A stretch of DNA of 64,000 bases. Source: Hormiphora californensis (taxonomy: Eukaryota; Animalia; Ctenophora). The DNA lies in assembly GCA_020137815.1 (NCBI GenBank), contig CM035362.1, forward strand, positions 3,286,001-3,350,000. The letters run 5' to 3'. Position 1 is the first letter of the stretch. Each line of letters begins with the position of its first letter. The notes under the pieces are model-generated. The model was given only the letters and a program-made list of their open reading frames with translations. It was not told where the DNA came from and made no database searches. A program made the position numbers and the translations under genes. Positions 32,001 through 44,875 of this stretch are shown in pieces.

Positions 32001-34504
32001 TCCTCCGTGCTGATGTACACCAACAGCAGGTCTCACTTCTCTTCCTTTAGTAAAATTAACGATCTCACTTCTCTCTCTTTTAAGTAAAAGTAACGATCTC
32101 ACTTCTCTCTCTTTAGTAAAAGTAACAATCTCACCTTTGAACCTCATTTCAGTGGTTTGACCTCGGGGAATGCCCATTAGTAGATACGGAAAAGGCAGAG
32201 TGTTGCTTTCTCAATGGCTGGTTGTTTGTCCTTGGAAATAAGGGAGATTTACTGCGATATTCCCCTTACGTAAAGGTAAAATTAACTTTTTCATTAATCT
32301 GCAAATAACGATAAAGCTGCCTTGTTCGATCATCCTTCCCCCCACCCCACGAGTTTGAACAAAACAAAAATCTGCAAAGTAATTCATTTTTCATCGATCA
32401 AAAGGTGAGATTCCTAAAAAAAGCATCCCTGATCCCTTTTCAGGTTTGGGAGGAATGTCGAAGACTGCCTTATGTTTTAACACGCAGTCACGTGGTTACC
32501 AGTACTTCGGATATGCTTTTTGTCGTTGGAGGAGATCATGGTTCAGGTTGGTTACCATGGTTCTGTTAGTCAATACCATGGTTACCAGTAAGAGGTTTTG
32601 TTAGTCAATACCATGGTTACCAGTAAGAGGTTTTGTTAGTCAATACAATGGTTACCATGGTTACCAGAATTGTACTTTCCTCAGGTAGGTCAGTCATGAG
32701 ATACGACTGTGAAAGTGACACGTGGCACACGTGTCAGCCCTTGCCGCGATTTTGTGATCGCATCAGTGGAACCTCCATAGCTGATATTCTATACATAGGT
32801 AAACTTTTCAACACTACTTTAAACAAATTAATTTGAGCACTGATGAGCGGAATGTTACATTCTGTGAAACATATGTTTGCGTAAATCTCCGTGTTTCATT
32901 TCTACTATAAAAGTAGGAGATCGTTACTTTTACTAATGATCATAAAAGAGAGATCGTTACTTTTACTAATAATCATAAAAGAGAGATCGTTACTTTTACT
33001 AATGATCACAAAAGAGAGATCGTTACTTTTACTAATGCTCGCAAAATTGAGAGATCGTTACAATGTTACATGTACTAATGGTCATAAAAGAGATTTATAA
33101 TAAGAGTAAAAGTGAGATATTTAAATTAACTAGAGTGATAGCTAAACATCTCAATTTTGCTACAGTGGGTCAGAGTGCGATGGAGGAAGTGATTGTCCAA
33201 CACTACAACTCTCTTACCTCTGGTCCCTGGGTTACTCTTGATGAGGACTCAAAAGGGCCCTTTGATGTCCCAATCTCTGCTTGTGCTGACGAGAAAATGA
33301 TTTATATTCTTGGTGGGCAGACACCCAATGACACCAAGTAAGTCGTCACTGGCAGACACCAAATGACACCAAGTAAGTCGTCACTGACAGACACCCAATG
33401 ACACCAAGTAAGTCGTCACTGGCAGACACCAAATGACACCAAGTAAGTCGTCACTGACAGACACCAAATGACACCAAGTAAGTCGTTACTGAACAATATT
33501 TTTTGCCAATGCTGGGTAGTCACGTATTTTGGGTGTGACCAGGATGATGCAGCGCTGGGAACAAGACACAGCTAGGGGGGCAAGTAGGGGTCATTAGGCT
33601 TTTCTTCGCGAAGTTACCCCAACTACGAATTGGCCGGTTAAGTGGTTATTCCATTACCAAGCCGGGGCTAGGGTTTGTAAAAACAGCGATACTGACGATA
33701 GGATCAATAATTTAAATAGAATCATCATAAAACCCCTTTTAGTCCAGATGACGATGGACCTCTGTGAGTTGAACCCCCCATGTGTAACCGTGTAACGTGA
33801 TTTTTTATTTCATCATCCACCATTTTCCTTCTGGGAATGTTTCTTCAAAAGTTTGCGTAGATTTTGTCGGTGCCACTCTGTTTTCTGTGAAAATCGTCCA
33901 ATTTGATCTCGATCGGTTTCCGGACACTAACTTTGCTTCCGATTAAAATCATTATATCCTAACCACTAACGTAGTAGATCAAATGAAATGGTACACTGTA
34001 TTCTTGTTTTAATCCGTGTCTTACTTTCCCTTTCAGTCCTGATGAAGCATCCATCTTGTTCCGATTCAATCCCAGTTTTGAGAATGCGACCGTTCTCCAT
34101 CCACCTCCGACTTGCTGCATAAGTAAGTATAGATTTCCACATTATATGCAGGAAATAATACGATAAAATTCGTCGTAATATTTAAATTGCTTCCCCAGAG
34201 ATTATATGAGTAGTGAGTACATATTACTGCGGTTTAATAGTTATGATTTTTAGAACTGCACCCAACAACATGGCTAGTTTCTCGTGTTGCCCCTTTTCCC
34301 AACTTAAAACATTTCTCTCCTATAAACATTTCAGACGGTAAAGTAGTGGCCGCTGGAGACTTGGTTTACGGAGTGGGGGGAATGGAAAAGGGGCAAGTTC
34401 TGGACACCATCAACGCTTACAGCCCACGATCCGATACGTGGAAGACGTTGTCCTGGAAATACCCGTTCCATACAAAGAGATATGCGGTGTGCAAACACGC
34501 TTAA
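29040..34504 (+). CDS. BTB-BACK-Kelch (KLHL-like) protein; first exon unresolved
   Basis: 12 phase-consistent exons: LCDVTL..CHSVVLASQSHYF (BTB), FLYSGSL, LNIQSESEV..KW (BACK), kelch blades LFVVGG, RYDCESDTW, IYILGG, VYGVGG..AYSPRSDTW; stop TAA 34502-34504. Confidence 0.88.
30439..31574. mobile_element. ~1.1-kb non-autonomous TIR element in a KLHL intron
   Basis: ATAT-GGTCGTGTTTCATATTGATTGGTCGTT...AACGACCAATCAATATGAAACACGACC-ATAT; internal TTACTCATATTGTGCGG sub-repeats. Confidence 0.85.
32801..32886 (+). ncRNA. Spliced-leader exon copy fused to a minimal type I hammerhead ribozyme
   Basis: AAACTTTTCAACACTACTTTAAACAAATTAATTTGAG (32801-32837), then CA-CTGATGA-GCGGAATG-TTA-CATTCTGT-GAAAC-ATAT-GTT-TGCGTAAAT: core boxes, 8-bp stem II, palindromic mini stem III, stem I ATTTGAGCA/TGCGTAAAT. 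Confidence 0.75.
33316..33492 (+). repeat. 35-bp tandem repeat x5 spanning a KLHL splice donor
   Basis: CAGACACC(C/A)AATGACACCAA|GTAAGTCGTCACTG repeated; GTAAGT at 33338, 33373, 33408, 33443, 33478. Confidence 0.95.
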
Positions 34505-35933
34505 GACAATAAGAAGTGTGAAACCTAACGGACAGTTACATTATACTAATAGCATTAAATTTGTTTTGTTAAAACTGGGGTGAGGTGTAAGGGGCTCGAG
34601 AAAGAAACATATAGATATGAAAATAATATATATTGAGCAAGAAACCGTGTGTGTAGATAGAAGATGTATGCGTATTTTTGGTTTAATTGAAAGCTTTGTT
34701 TGTATCGTCCTATTGCCTAGCTAGACTCTGATTCGTGCACCCTACACTTTGTATGTAAATGTAAATGTAATATAATCATTTATATATACCACTTTATAGT
34801 GTAAAATAATGGAGCACGCACCAACAGCCTACGCTTGACATACTCGCTCACTTTCAAAAGTGGTACGGATACAAAACACGAACATTGTAAACGCGAACAT
34901 ACAAAACATGAACATATAACACGAACATTCAAAACACGATCATAACAGTTGCTAGAACATTTAAAATTTTAAAGGAGGGTTAGAACATAACAAAATGTCA
35001 ATCGGTCTGCCGTCCCGGACAAGTGGTGGTGGTGGTAGTGACTAGTGTGTATTACAAGTGGCAGGTGTCGTCCCGAACAAGTTACAACTTACTACAGAGG
35101 CACGGACGAACACACCTGTAATCTGTATTAATGATTATCTGTATTAACAACTTACAGACTACTGTAAAGTCGGATTTTTTGAAGTTGTCACCCCCAAACG
35201 ACCGCGCATGTCAAATTTATCAATTTTGACGCGCACACCACACGTTAACATGTGATGTGACGCGCAAAAACATTCCGCGCACGAGAAGGGGGGTGACAAC
35301 TTCAAAAAATCCGACTTTACTGTAATTTTCTCAGGTTGGCACATACTAATCGTCTATTTGCGGGGGTACGTACTACGTGCATAAGGCCATAGCCCATAAG
35401 GGGACGACAAAGTTCTTTTTTCAACTGTTCACCCCCCCCCTTTTATTTCTGAGATAATCCCGGTTCACTGGTCACCCGGTATAGATCAGACGTCATGAAA
35501 ATAAATTACAATAAATTACCCACACACCCTCATATACTCATTCTCCCTCTCTCCCGGTATAGATTATCTTTCTAACGCACGGTGCACCCGGGATAAAGTC
35601 GTATCTTATCAGGAGCCGGAGTCCGGAGATTTATCGCAGAAAATTTTTTTTAGAGAAACAGCAATCCGACACCGGGGTCTCAGATAATAAACGCACACCA
35701 CGATCGGTTTGTTGAGTACTCAACAACGATCGGTCACAGATCGCAGAAAATCTAAGGGGTGAGAAAAGTTGAAAAATAAAAAAAAGGACTTTGTTAAAAA
35801 AATGTCGCGACTTTGGAGCATTTGCGCGGCTCGACGCGCGCGATGAAAAGACGCGGTATTTGCGCGTACCATTTTGTTAGGATTTGTGCGCGTTTGAAAA
35901 ATAATAAAGGTTGAAATTTTCAAAAACAGATGA

Positions 35934-36082
35934 GGCCCCTTACCTCGGAAATGTTCAAGTCATGCACAATCAAGTCACGCCCACCAATCACAGCCCAGAA
36001 CGCGCGGAGTGCTTTGCGCGTTCTGAGCTGTGATTGGTGGGCGTGACTTGATTGTGCATGACTTGAACATTTCCGAGGGGCC
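35934..36082. mobile_element. 149-bp palindromic MITE with 4-bp TSD ATGA
   Basis: GGCCCC..CCTCGGAAATGTTCAAGTCATGCAC.. is mirrored; ATGA on both flanks. Confidence 0.8.
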
Positions 36083-36710
36083 ATGAGAAACTTTATTATG
36101 GCCAGCGTTAAAATCTGGGTGTTTTGGGAGTGCTGACAAACGGTTTTTTAGGGTTAGGGCTAAAGTAGGGTTAGGGTTAGGGTTGGGGTTGGGGTTAGGC
36201 CTTGACATTCCCTACCATATAAACTTTGAATCAGCCAAAACGGTTGAGTGGTTTGGCGGTTAGAGCCATTTTAGTGAATCAACTTTTTTGGCGGCGCGCA
36301 CCTGTAAACAGGCCTCCAAACACCCAGATCGTAACGGCGCCCGTTCCTTATGATGTTTCAAAGTTGAAAGTGACAAACGAGTTCCATGATAGATCGGCAT
36401 TGTTTCAGGTTTATTGTTTAACCACTCATTTGTTGATTCAATCGTGTTCGACCCTTTCTCACCACGGTGCACCGCGGGTTTGACAAAACAAACCAATCAT
36501 TGATCTGCCAAACCCTCACAGAAAGATAGGCAGTGTGAGTTACACCAATTTTTCTCACAAAGCAATCGCCAATCGTGGATGTGTGATCTGATATATTATA
36601 TTGTTTCTTGAAATGTTTTGAAATTTAATTAGTTGCACTGTTGGAGGTGCAACTGAGGCTGAAATAGATTGATTAAGGATTGAGACAAGTCAAGACTAGA
36701 AGGTAGTATG

Positions 36711-36810
36711 AAAGTTTGAAACTTGAAACAGTTTCAAACTTTTCAACACTACTTTAAACAAATTAATTTGATTTGATAATGACGTTAAACGTCGAAATGA
36801 ATCTCCGAGT
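36711..36810 (+). ncRNA. Second SL exon copy with a 5' inverted duplication, followed by a degenerate hammerhead-like motif
   Basis: AGTTTCAAACTTTTCAACACTACTTTAAACAAATTAATTTGA (36730-36771), then TTGATAAT-GACGT-TAA-ACGTC-GAAA. 36711-36723 is the reverse complement of 36730-36742. Confidence 0.65.
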
Positions 36811-37551
36811 CGTCTACAGTCCTAAATAAACACTATTTCATTGTATCAAAACTATGCGACTCAAAAACAGCCGATTGGTCAACTTATTGATTCAACCCTG
36901 TCAAGTTTCTAGATGAAATTGAGACGATATGTGCTGATTATCATGGGATTACACACGACACCGAGCCACCTAATTAGGGGTTGTGAGCCGATACCAACTT
37001 AGACTCAGCATAGAACAATTTTCATGTTTCTACAGTCATAACACAACTAAAACATAGAGCTATGGAAAAAATCATGGTATCAAAATGAACTTTAGACGAT
37101 TCCAATGAAGCTCTTGTAAATTTCAAATCATTTTACCCATTTGTTGATGACACGTGATCCCCTCAAAAATGCTGGTTGAATTTCGTCTTTAGACAGTCAT
37201 AACACACTCTAAACATTGAGCTAGGACAAAAACCCGGGTACCAAAATGACCGCCAGACAATTCCCTATAACTCTTATGAGGGATGCAATGTGATCCGAGC
37301 AACTTTGCATTTGTGAATTTTTCAAAACGTGAACCCCGGTCGGATTTCATGAACATGTACTTTTGACTTTACGACGATATATCTGACGATTGGTAAAACT
37401 TGGAACGTCAATCTTGCCACCAAAATGTTTGCCAGACAATTCTCTAGAACACTGGTTTTTGTTAGAACCATTTTGACCAATTTTTCGATGAGTTTTGGTT
37501 AGTTTAATGGAGCCCGGTCATGACCCAAAATCACAGGTGATGCAAAGACAG

Positions 37552-37634
37552 CTGTCAGAGCATTGGCCTGACCCTATTCTCATTTCTCTCACGCGGAGCG
37601 CGCGAGAACTGTGGTCAGAGCATTGGCCTGACAG
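37552..37634 (+). mobile_element. Micro-element CTGTCAG...CTGACAG with 8-bp TSD (83 bp); copies 55027-55104 (78 bp, reverse), 54836-54858 and 17097-17119 (23 bp), 59174-59199 (26 bp)
   Basis: TSDs AAAGACAG, ACATTCAG, CGGGGGAA (perfect), ATGAAACT/GTGAAACT and GTACGTCA/TGACGTCA. Confidence 0.88.
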
Positions 37635-37967
37635 AAAGACAGTGGGACACCCTGTATATAGAGTACAAAGCTTGTATACGAACAAAGTTAATTATTTATC
37701 TTGCACATATATAAACACAGCGCTTGAAATGCATGTAAATAAGTTGTACAACTAACAATTAACAACAATTTTACCAGTTTTAGCGAGGATATGGTATTTT
37801 CTGTTCTTTCATGTCTTTATACGGCGACAGTAGCGATTATGGTAAGTAAATGAGCCCATTTCAAATGAAAACAATAATAATAATCATGTTTACAATTCAA
37901 CAAGTACTATACTATCATTAATTTGCAAAATACTCACTCACTCAAAATTAATGTTTCAATTTTTAAT

Positions 37968-39438
<1,471 letters not shown>

Positions 39439-39927
39439 GAGATAAAGTTGGCGTATACTGAGAGATTATCCACTTTTACTTAAACTATTACGCTGTGTAT
39501 ATTAAATAATAAAATAAGTAATTTAAAATTAAACCAGAGGCGTGTCACTAAATTTTATAATCTCTTCCCACCACAATATAGTAGTAGTATAGTTCTCATT
39601 TCTCCACTATCTTTAGACCGTAATTTCTATCTTTATAATAGATGGCCTTTAATTTTATCTATATGGCCTTTCTCATTCTCTCACTCTATTGACTATTCCC
39701 ATCTCTCTTTCTGACTTTTTTCTCTCCTTCTTTTTCATCATAAACGTGTTGAGTAAGGGGTGAGAGTGGCTCTCTGCAGTCTCCACCCCTTACTCAACAA
39801 TCATAAACAATGTTTGTGTCATATAAGACCGTCCTCTTCACACCGGGGGGCGCGATGTACAGTCAGTGCCTGACAAAACAATGTGAACTTACTGGAAGAT
39901 GCCGTTAGTACCGATAAGACCAAGATC

Positions 39928-42900
39928 ATGAGATGTTGCAGTCCCATTTTCAGTTTTCTCTACGATGATGTATCAGCGAGTGACAAAGAAAGGAAGGTTG
40001 TAAAACGAGAAATGAGCGGAAAAGTTGTCGTTGAGTATTTAACGGTACGGTTGCATCACGTGACAGTGAGAATACAACAACCAATCATAACTCGTTATTT
40101 AGGTCACGTGACTGGTTATCAGCCAATCAGGGACCAGTATCACGTGCCATAGGCGTACAGTGAGGATACAAATGAATAGAAATGGAGAAAGAATAGAGTG
40201 AGCTGAGAGAAAAAGAAAAAGAGATACGAATTCTGTGACTGAGTAGTCACACATATAGGAAAGGAGGAGTTGGTAAAAGGAAGTTAAAATATAAAATATG
40301 TGGCCATATTTGTGATAGTCGCCAGATAGGGGCGGGGCTATCTGGGATGGGCTATCTGGCATTTTTCAATTCATTCATAACTTTTTTAAATTTCTTCTAC
40401 CCCAGGCCACGGAAACGGTAACAACATTTTTTCAAACCTTGATATGTAATTCCTGACAAGCATCTTATGTCATCACGGTCCCTATCAGGCCCTATGTCAG
40501 TCCAATTCTCTGATATGACAGGTCGGCCTTACCTGTCCTTAATTCCTAAACATTTTATTAGAAACTGCACTTATCCGTTCCACACATAATCACCCCCCCC
40601 CCCCCCCATATTGCTTGTTGAATCTCACCTCGCCAATCCAAGAATTATTATTGCATTATGTTTCATAATGCTGTGTTTCCCTGCCATCGAATACCCCAAC
40701 CGATCACTTATAAACGATGAGATCTGGTAAGCGCCGCTCACAGTCTCACCAGACGATACCGTGCAATGTGATCTGATCGTCGTCCGCCAACGCCTAATTA
40801 CAATGTTATGTGAGACGAAGCTATGCATGGGAAACTTCTCACGTTCTCTCAGTCACCATACTAACGAGCTGAGCTTTCAACGCCTTTAAGTTTCAATCAG
40901 ATTTACCAAGAAGTTAAACCCATTCGAGCGCTGGTTCTGTAACGCGTGAGGTGTGTATAAATACGCTGCATTGAGAGTGGCGCGCGCAGCAAATTTTGAG
41001 CGCGCGCCACCGAAATCCGTACTGTAATAACTTTGCGGACGACGCTTTCAAAACGGATCGGTTGTCAGGCGTTGTCCGTGACGGACGGACGGACGGACGG
41101 ACATTTAGTTAACTCTAGGATCTGCTGATTTCTAAACCCCAATCCCCAATCCCCATTATTCCCCATATTGCTTGTTGAATCTCACCTCGAGATTCTCACA
41201 GTTCCTAATCCATTTCAGCATCTCACCGAGATTCTCACCCTAATACATACCCTATAATTCCCAACCCATTTCAGGTCTCCTGTGGTTCCGTTCTCCTGGG
41301 TCTAACTTGGCTCATGGCAAGAAACTTCCCCAAATACGGCATAGATGAGAACTTGCATGAATTGGTTTATGTGACTGGATTCATCGGAGCTGCCACCCTG
41401 ACATCAGGTAATTAACTGTATTAATTAGTTAATTAGTTAAAACTGGGGGAAATGAGTGGTAATTGGTAAACTATGTGAAATTCATTAATCAATCTATTTT
41501 GAATTTGAGTTTGGATAGACTATTTCTTCAAACCAGGAAGATATTAATTACTATATGTAGCTAATACCCCAGTTCACCTAAACAGTACAATTAGTACACG
41601 AAGCTAGACCTCCTGTTCCAATCTCTATAAAGTCTCGAGCAGAGTCATTCCACTTCTGCTTCACTCTCAGTACCATGTTTTATAGAACGCACACGTCATG
41701 TCATGTCGTCATGATGGTACTGTTGTCTTTAAACCAAATGAATTACTTTACTTTACTGAAAACAGACACATTCTTCAGGGATACTAATGGGGATAGCAGG
41801 GATGTCACGACAAAGGTGTATCCTTTACATTTTGGCTCTTAGCTCACTCCCTGTTTCCTTTCTCAATTTAATCAGTTTGGTTTGGCTGGCGTCACAGGTA
41901 GGTTGATAAATCGAACAGTCGAATAATTAATATGTTCAGGTGTTTACCTCTGACATATTAATTATTTAAATCTCAAAATTTTAAAATATACCTGTGACAG
42001 TGTCACAATTAAACTCGAAATTTTAAAATACCTGTCACATTTCAAACTCGAAATGAGTGTTTGACGTAACGCGCGACAACAATTACTCCAAATGTTAGTC
42101 GCGCGTTAGAAAAGCCACATGTTGGTCGCCGCGCGATGTATACATTTTCCACGATCATGTACAATGTCGAATATTATACATTTTGTACATATTTAATTAT
42201 AGAATCTCCATGTAAAGTTGGATTTTTTGAAACTGTCACCCCCCTGGGTATTTTCAAATTTCGTAAATGACCATAAATCCGGTTCCTGACGAGATAGAGA
42301 CTTGAAATTTGGAGGTTACGAAGATCTTGCTAAGTTCTTCCGAACCTCCAAATTTCAAGTCTCTATCTTATCAGGAACCGGAGATATGGCAAATTTTGTT
42401 ATTTCAGGGGGGTGACAGTTTCAAAAAATCCGACTTTAGTACACCATGTATTGAGCATGTAGATTTAACTCTCTTAATTCTCAGATGGGCACAGAGAAAG
42501 TCTCGGAATTGAGCCTGAAGGCATATACGGAAGACCCTATTTGGATTGATAGTATTCAGACATCATTAAAGTGTTGTGGGTTGGTGGAGGCGTCAGACTG
42601 GACAAACACCACTTGGACGAGACAGAGAACAGATCGTGAGTATCACGTGTAATATTGTATATAGTTCACAGTTCACACACAGTTCACACACAGTTCACAC
42701 ACAGTGTAATTGTGTACAGTCTCACAAACAGTTGCTAGTCTCCACCCTCCGGCTTATGCTATAAATTAGGCGCAAATCCTGGGCTACAATAATCCATTTT
42801 CTAATCAATAACCCGCCCTATAATACCAGATACTGGAAAAGTTCCCTACTCGTGCTGTCCTCGACACCATCATCACCACCACACAGACCACACCCTGGGA

Positions 42901-43277
42901 CAGCCATGCTCTCTAGCTGAGGCCTATCAGCGAGGGTGTGTGAGACCTCTGTTCCTGCATGTCAGTAGGGTATACAATGGAATTATCGTGGCTACAATCC
43001 TTGGATTTCTCTTTCAGGTGAGGAAAATGAGAGATATGAGCGAGAGACATTGAACTGTTCCCACGAAAATATGATAACAAATCTGTAGTGCGGACTCAGT
43101 CAAGTCTGACAGTCTGACTCTTTATAATACCTAACCATCCATTATAATACGTATCCATGCACCTTCCAATAACGTGATTATAATTTTCAGTTTTCCGGAA
43201 TCTTTCTCACCTGCTGCCTGGCCCGGTCTCTCAGAGGTGCTGAGGAATACGAGTTGTTTCCCGGGGAAAAGAAATAA
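39928..43277 (+). CDS. Tetraspanin
   Basis: Exons 41275-41407, 41779-41897, 42485-42635, 42830-43017, 43191-43277 are in phase: IQTSLKCCG, VPYSCC, YQRGC, TM2-TM4, juxtamembrane CC, C-terminal YELF. The 5' exons (39928-40044, 40406-40521) are tentative. Confidence 0.88.
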
Positions 43278-43283
43278 TGAGAG

Positions 43284-43373
<90 letters not shown>

Positions 43374-44041
43374 ATTGATCCCTGGTGATGACTTTACTCA
43401 AAGTTAATGTGAATCAATATTGAATGTGAATGTGAATTAATATGAATTTGATGTTTATTTGAAATAAACTATCGCTAATGCTGTAATTAAATGTACATAT
43501 ATTTATTAAATTGATTAAATTGATATTTGGAAATAAGTACATACATTTACGTTGCATTTTGTAAAATCAGCTTCTTTTTACTATTTTGAACTCCTGCAAC
43601 ACAGTTGCCATGGTAAAAAAGTATCACAGTCAATTTCCAGTCTTTCATTGACATACCACTAATGGGTAATTGGCAGGCTACTGCACTTTCCCTAATCTTG
43701 TCAGCGCTCATGATACCACCTCACAGCATGTCATTTAGTGCTGCGACTTCCGGGAGGGACAGTGTAGCTGTAGCATGTGTCAAGTCTTTGAGATCATAGT
43801 CCTTTAGTTTTATTACTTTTGGATCTCACTCTATATAATTGACACATTATTTCACACACGAATCCATATAGTAATCTTATGCTGCTCACAGCATTCTCAA
43901 ATATAGCTGGTCACTCAGCCTCAAATTACCGACTCAACCTCAAATTGCCGACTCAACCTCAAATATTGCCTACTCAACCTCAAATTGCCGACTCAACCTC
44001 ATAAAAAGACAAATTAATAAGTCCTCTCTTTTTACCCCCAC

Positions 44042-44835
44042 CTGATCCCAACTTGCCATCTCCTCCCTCGGTCACCATGATACTATTCCTTAGGACATGC
44101 CGAGATATCGGATCTGAGTAACGGATCGGTAACCCCCGAGTTCCATTGGTTGCTATGACGACCGTACTGGAACTCCGCAGTTGTTGCTTGGTGGGTATCC
44201 GCATTGATCTGGAGTGTGGTTCCTGAGTGTGTCATTTGACACAGTGTTACCAGCACATATAGTTAGAATCAAACACATTCACAAGCAGAGATATTGATCG
44301 GGATAATCAGCTAACATGTAGAGATAATTAGTTGATTAAGTAACTAATTAACGATTAATTAACACGCAAAGTTACACATTTCTCACCTCCGCCAGTTCTA
44401 TGTTTGGGGCCATCCGTAGTTTTCCGTCGAGTGTTGCACCTTGATGAAAAACTTCATTATCAATAAATTATATATGGATAATTTAATGTGTAATGTAATT
44501 AATTAATTAATTACCTTCACTAAGAGTTGTCTGAGAGATACCCACGTGACTCCCTCTCGAACTAGTCAGTGGAACGCTAGCTGTTCGAGATACCTGGCGC
44601 TGTGATAGGATCGTTGTGCAGTGTTAATATATTAATTGGTTAATTAATTAACTAATTAGCTAATCAACTACATAATTAATTAATATGCGTACCATGAAGT
44701 TGTTGGGGGTATATCCAAAGAGGCTGAGAGCGGCCATTCTGAATTCTTTGTTGAGTAGAAAATACACCAAAGGGTTGATTGCCGCGTTACTTAGCATTAG
44801 AAAGGTGAACGCTTGGACTTCTTTGTACTGGATCT

Positions 44836-44875
<40 letters not shown>

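Noticed and set aside
32801-32837. Bona fide SL RNA gene
   Set aside because: Neither SL copy is followed by a GT donor and Sm-site-bearing intron portion, and both appear 5'-incomplete.
44740-44800. Opsin identity for the family A GPCR
   Set aside because: The position equivalent to the retinal-binding Lys296 in TM7 (LMLSNAAINPLVY) is Leu.
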